Assembly: GCA_017468385.1 (NCBI GenBank)
Contig: JAFUIQ010000009.1
Location: 68,614-132,613 of the forward strand
DNA: 64,000 bases
Origin: Clostridia bacterium
GTDB taxonomy: Bacteria > Bacillota > Clostridia > Oscillospirales > CAG-272
Reading direction: 5' to 3'
Positions within the stretch are counted from its first letter, which is position 1, and each line of letters begins with the position of its first letter. This document shows, one piece after another, positions 63,022 to 64,000 of this stretch. The position numbers and the translations under genes are program-made. The notes beneath the pieces are model-generated. The model was not told the DNA's origin and ran no database searches. It was given only the letters and a program-made list of their open reading frames with translations.

Positions 63022-63280
63022 AGTTATTCACCTCATGATTTTTGTAAAAGGGATGCGAAAACCGTTGAACTATCTGTATTATAGCATAGTGACGGCTCTT
63101 TTGCAAGAGGGGCCTCTACTTTGCGTTGTATCAACGGCAGGTTGAGTGGGCCGCGCCATCGGAGGCGGCGAGGGAGCCGGCGGGCGGGAAAAATAAACGA
63201 TGCGGTTATTGGATTTTGCCACACAATATGCTACAATACTATCAGGATATCCTATAACTTTTGTTTCAAGGATGAGAATT

Positions 63281-64000
63281 ATGAGCGGATTTGAAAATTT
63301 TCAGTATATCATCGCCGAAGAACGCCGCCGTGCCAAATTGACCCAGGAGGCTCTGGCCCGCATCCTGGGCGTGACCCCGCAGGCGGTGTCCAAATGGGAG
63401 AACGGCATCGGATATCCCGATGTAACACTTTTTCCTGCTATTGCACGGGCGCTGGATGTGCCGATCGAGCGGCTGTTCGGGGAGGAACGGAGCGGTATTC
63501 AGGAGAAAGATCCACCGTCAGAGTACGCGGGAATGCCCCTTGTCTGCCGATGGAAAGCCACTCTCTGCTATTCTTCCAAGCAGGCAGTGTCCATTGACGA
63601 GCAGAATGGCAAGGTGGAATTCGCCGACGGCAGTACGGCGGATCTTCCCGAGGGCTGTGTGATCAACTGCGGCGAGGGAGAGGTGCGTATTTTTCGGGCG
63701 GAGGAAATCATATCGGAGGCCGGCGGCACGAGCATGGATGTTCCCTTCGACGCATCGCAGATCGATTCCTTCGAGGAGATAAAGATGAGCTTGGGCTGGC
63801 CTTGTACCGTAAAAATTTGCAAGCCAGACGGCGGCGGACGCCGCGTTCTTGCACAGGGAAGCGAGGGATTCATCCGCGCCTTGAAAGTGAACACGTCAGA
63901 AGGACGGCTGACGGTGGAGATATCCAATCACCACGGTAATATCCCCAGATCTGAAAAAGATTGCAACAGCCTCACGGTTTATACCGAGTTTGCCCGGGGG
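63281..64000 (+). CDS. XRE-family HTH regulator, 3'-truncated by the window edge (not in the ORF track)
   Basis: ATG 63281. My translation: MSGFENFQYIIAEERRRAKLTQEALARILGVTPQAVSKWENGIGYPDVTLFPAIARALDVPIERLF... The frame stays open to nt 64000. Promoter TTGGAT-17-TACAAT lies upstream. Confidence 0.75.
   Translation, partial: MSGFENFQYIIAEERRRAKLTQEALARILGVTPQAVSKWENGIGYPDVTLFPAIARALDVPIERLFGEERSGIQEKDPPSEYAGMPLVCRWKATLCYSSKQAVSIDEQNGKVEFADGSTADLPEGCVINCGEGEVRIFRAEEIISEAGGTSMDVPFDASQIDSFEEIKMSLGWPCTVKICKPDGGGRRVLAQGSEGFIRALKVNTSEGRLTVEISNHHGNIPRSEKDCNSLTVYTEFARG

Overview
A 64-kb chromosomal segment whose gene content, codon usage and GC look like a moderately high-GC Firmicute of the Clostridia (Oscillospiraceae/Ruminococcaceae-like). 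The taxon is inference only. I can support about 60 protein genes and one tRNA. I found no rRNA, CRISPR array, transposase, integrase or phage genes. From 5' to 3' the window holds: (1) a 5'-truncated cell-surface protein, a polysaccharide pyruvyl transferase, and a Wzx-like flippase fused to an FrhB-like domain. (2) perR-rubrerythrin, an orphan DUF4145/HsdR-like helicase, and a divergently transcribed MutS-domain-V ATPase. (3) Lrp-aminotransferase, rpmB, a hydrolase, and a low-GC gene for a Cys/His-rich secreted protein. (4) An acyl carrier protein translationally coupled to a TagA-type glycosyltransferase, with an Sfp-type PPTase nearby. (5) A pyruvate formate-lyase split into a large catalytic ORF and a separate 80-aa glycyl-radical ORF, followed by pflA. 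(6) rpmG-secE-nusG-rplK-rplA, then convergent gdhA. (7) An SGNH hydrolase with a 45-nt tandem-repeat linker, and a T-box (Phe, UUC) leader controlling a histidine phosphatase-pheS-pheT operon. (8) An envelope glycopolymer cluster (O-antigen-ligase-like, WecA/TagO-like, two DUF4330 paralogs). (9) An eight-gene aromatic amino acid operon (aroF-tyrA-aroB-aroA-aroC-pheA-aroE/K-aroQ). (10) Lower-GC accessory genes: an ECF sigma with a long C-terminal extension, a tandem GNAT, CopA, tRNA-Leu(UAG) followed by three tandem ~100-nt terminator-bearing repeats, transporters and XRE regulators. The observation I rate highest is not in the ORF track. It is a 20-codon leader peptide, MRNVFAYAFYYFYFYYIVRK, with alternative hairpins and an intrinsic terminator between a consensus promoter and the aromatic operon. 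This is a candidate ribosome-mediated Phe/Tyr attenuator in a lineage that normally uses T-boxes. The split PFL, the tRNA-linked repeat array, the orphan HsdR-like protein with an ExQ nuclease motif, and several unusual domain fusions also deserve follow-up. All functional calls come from motif recognition by eye; no database search was possible.
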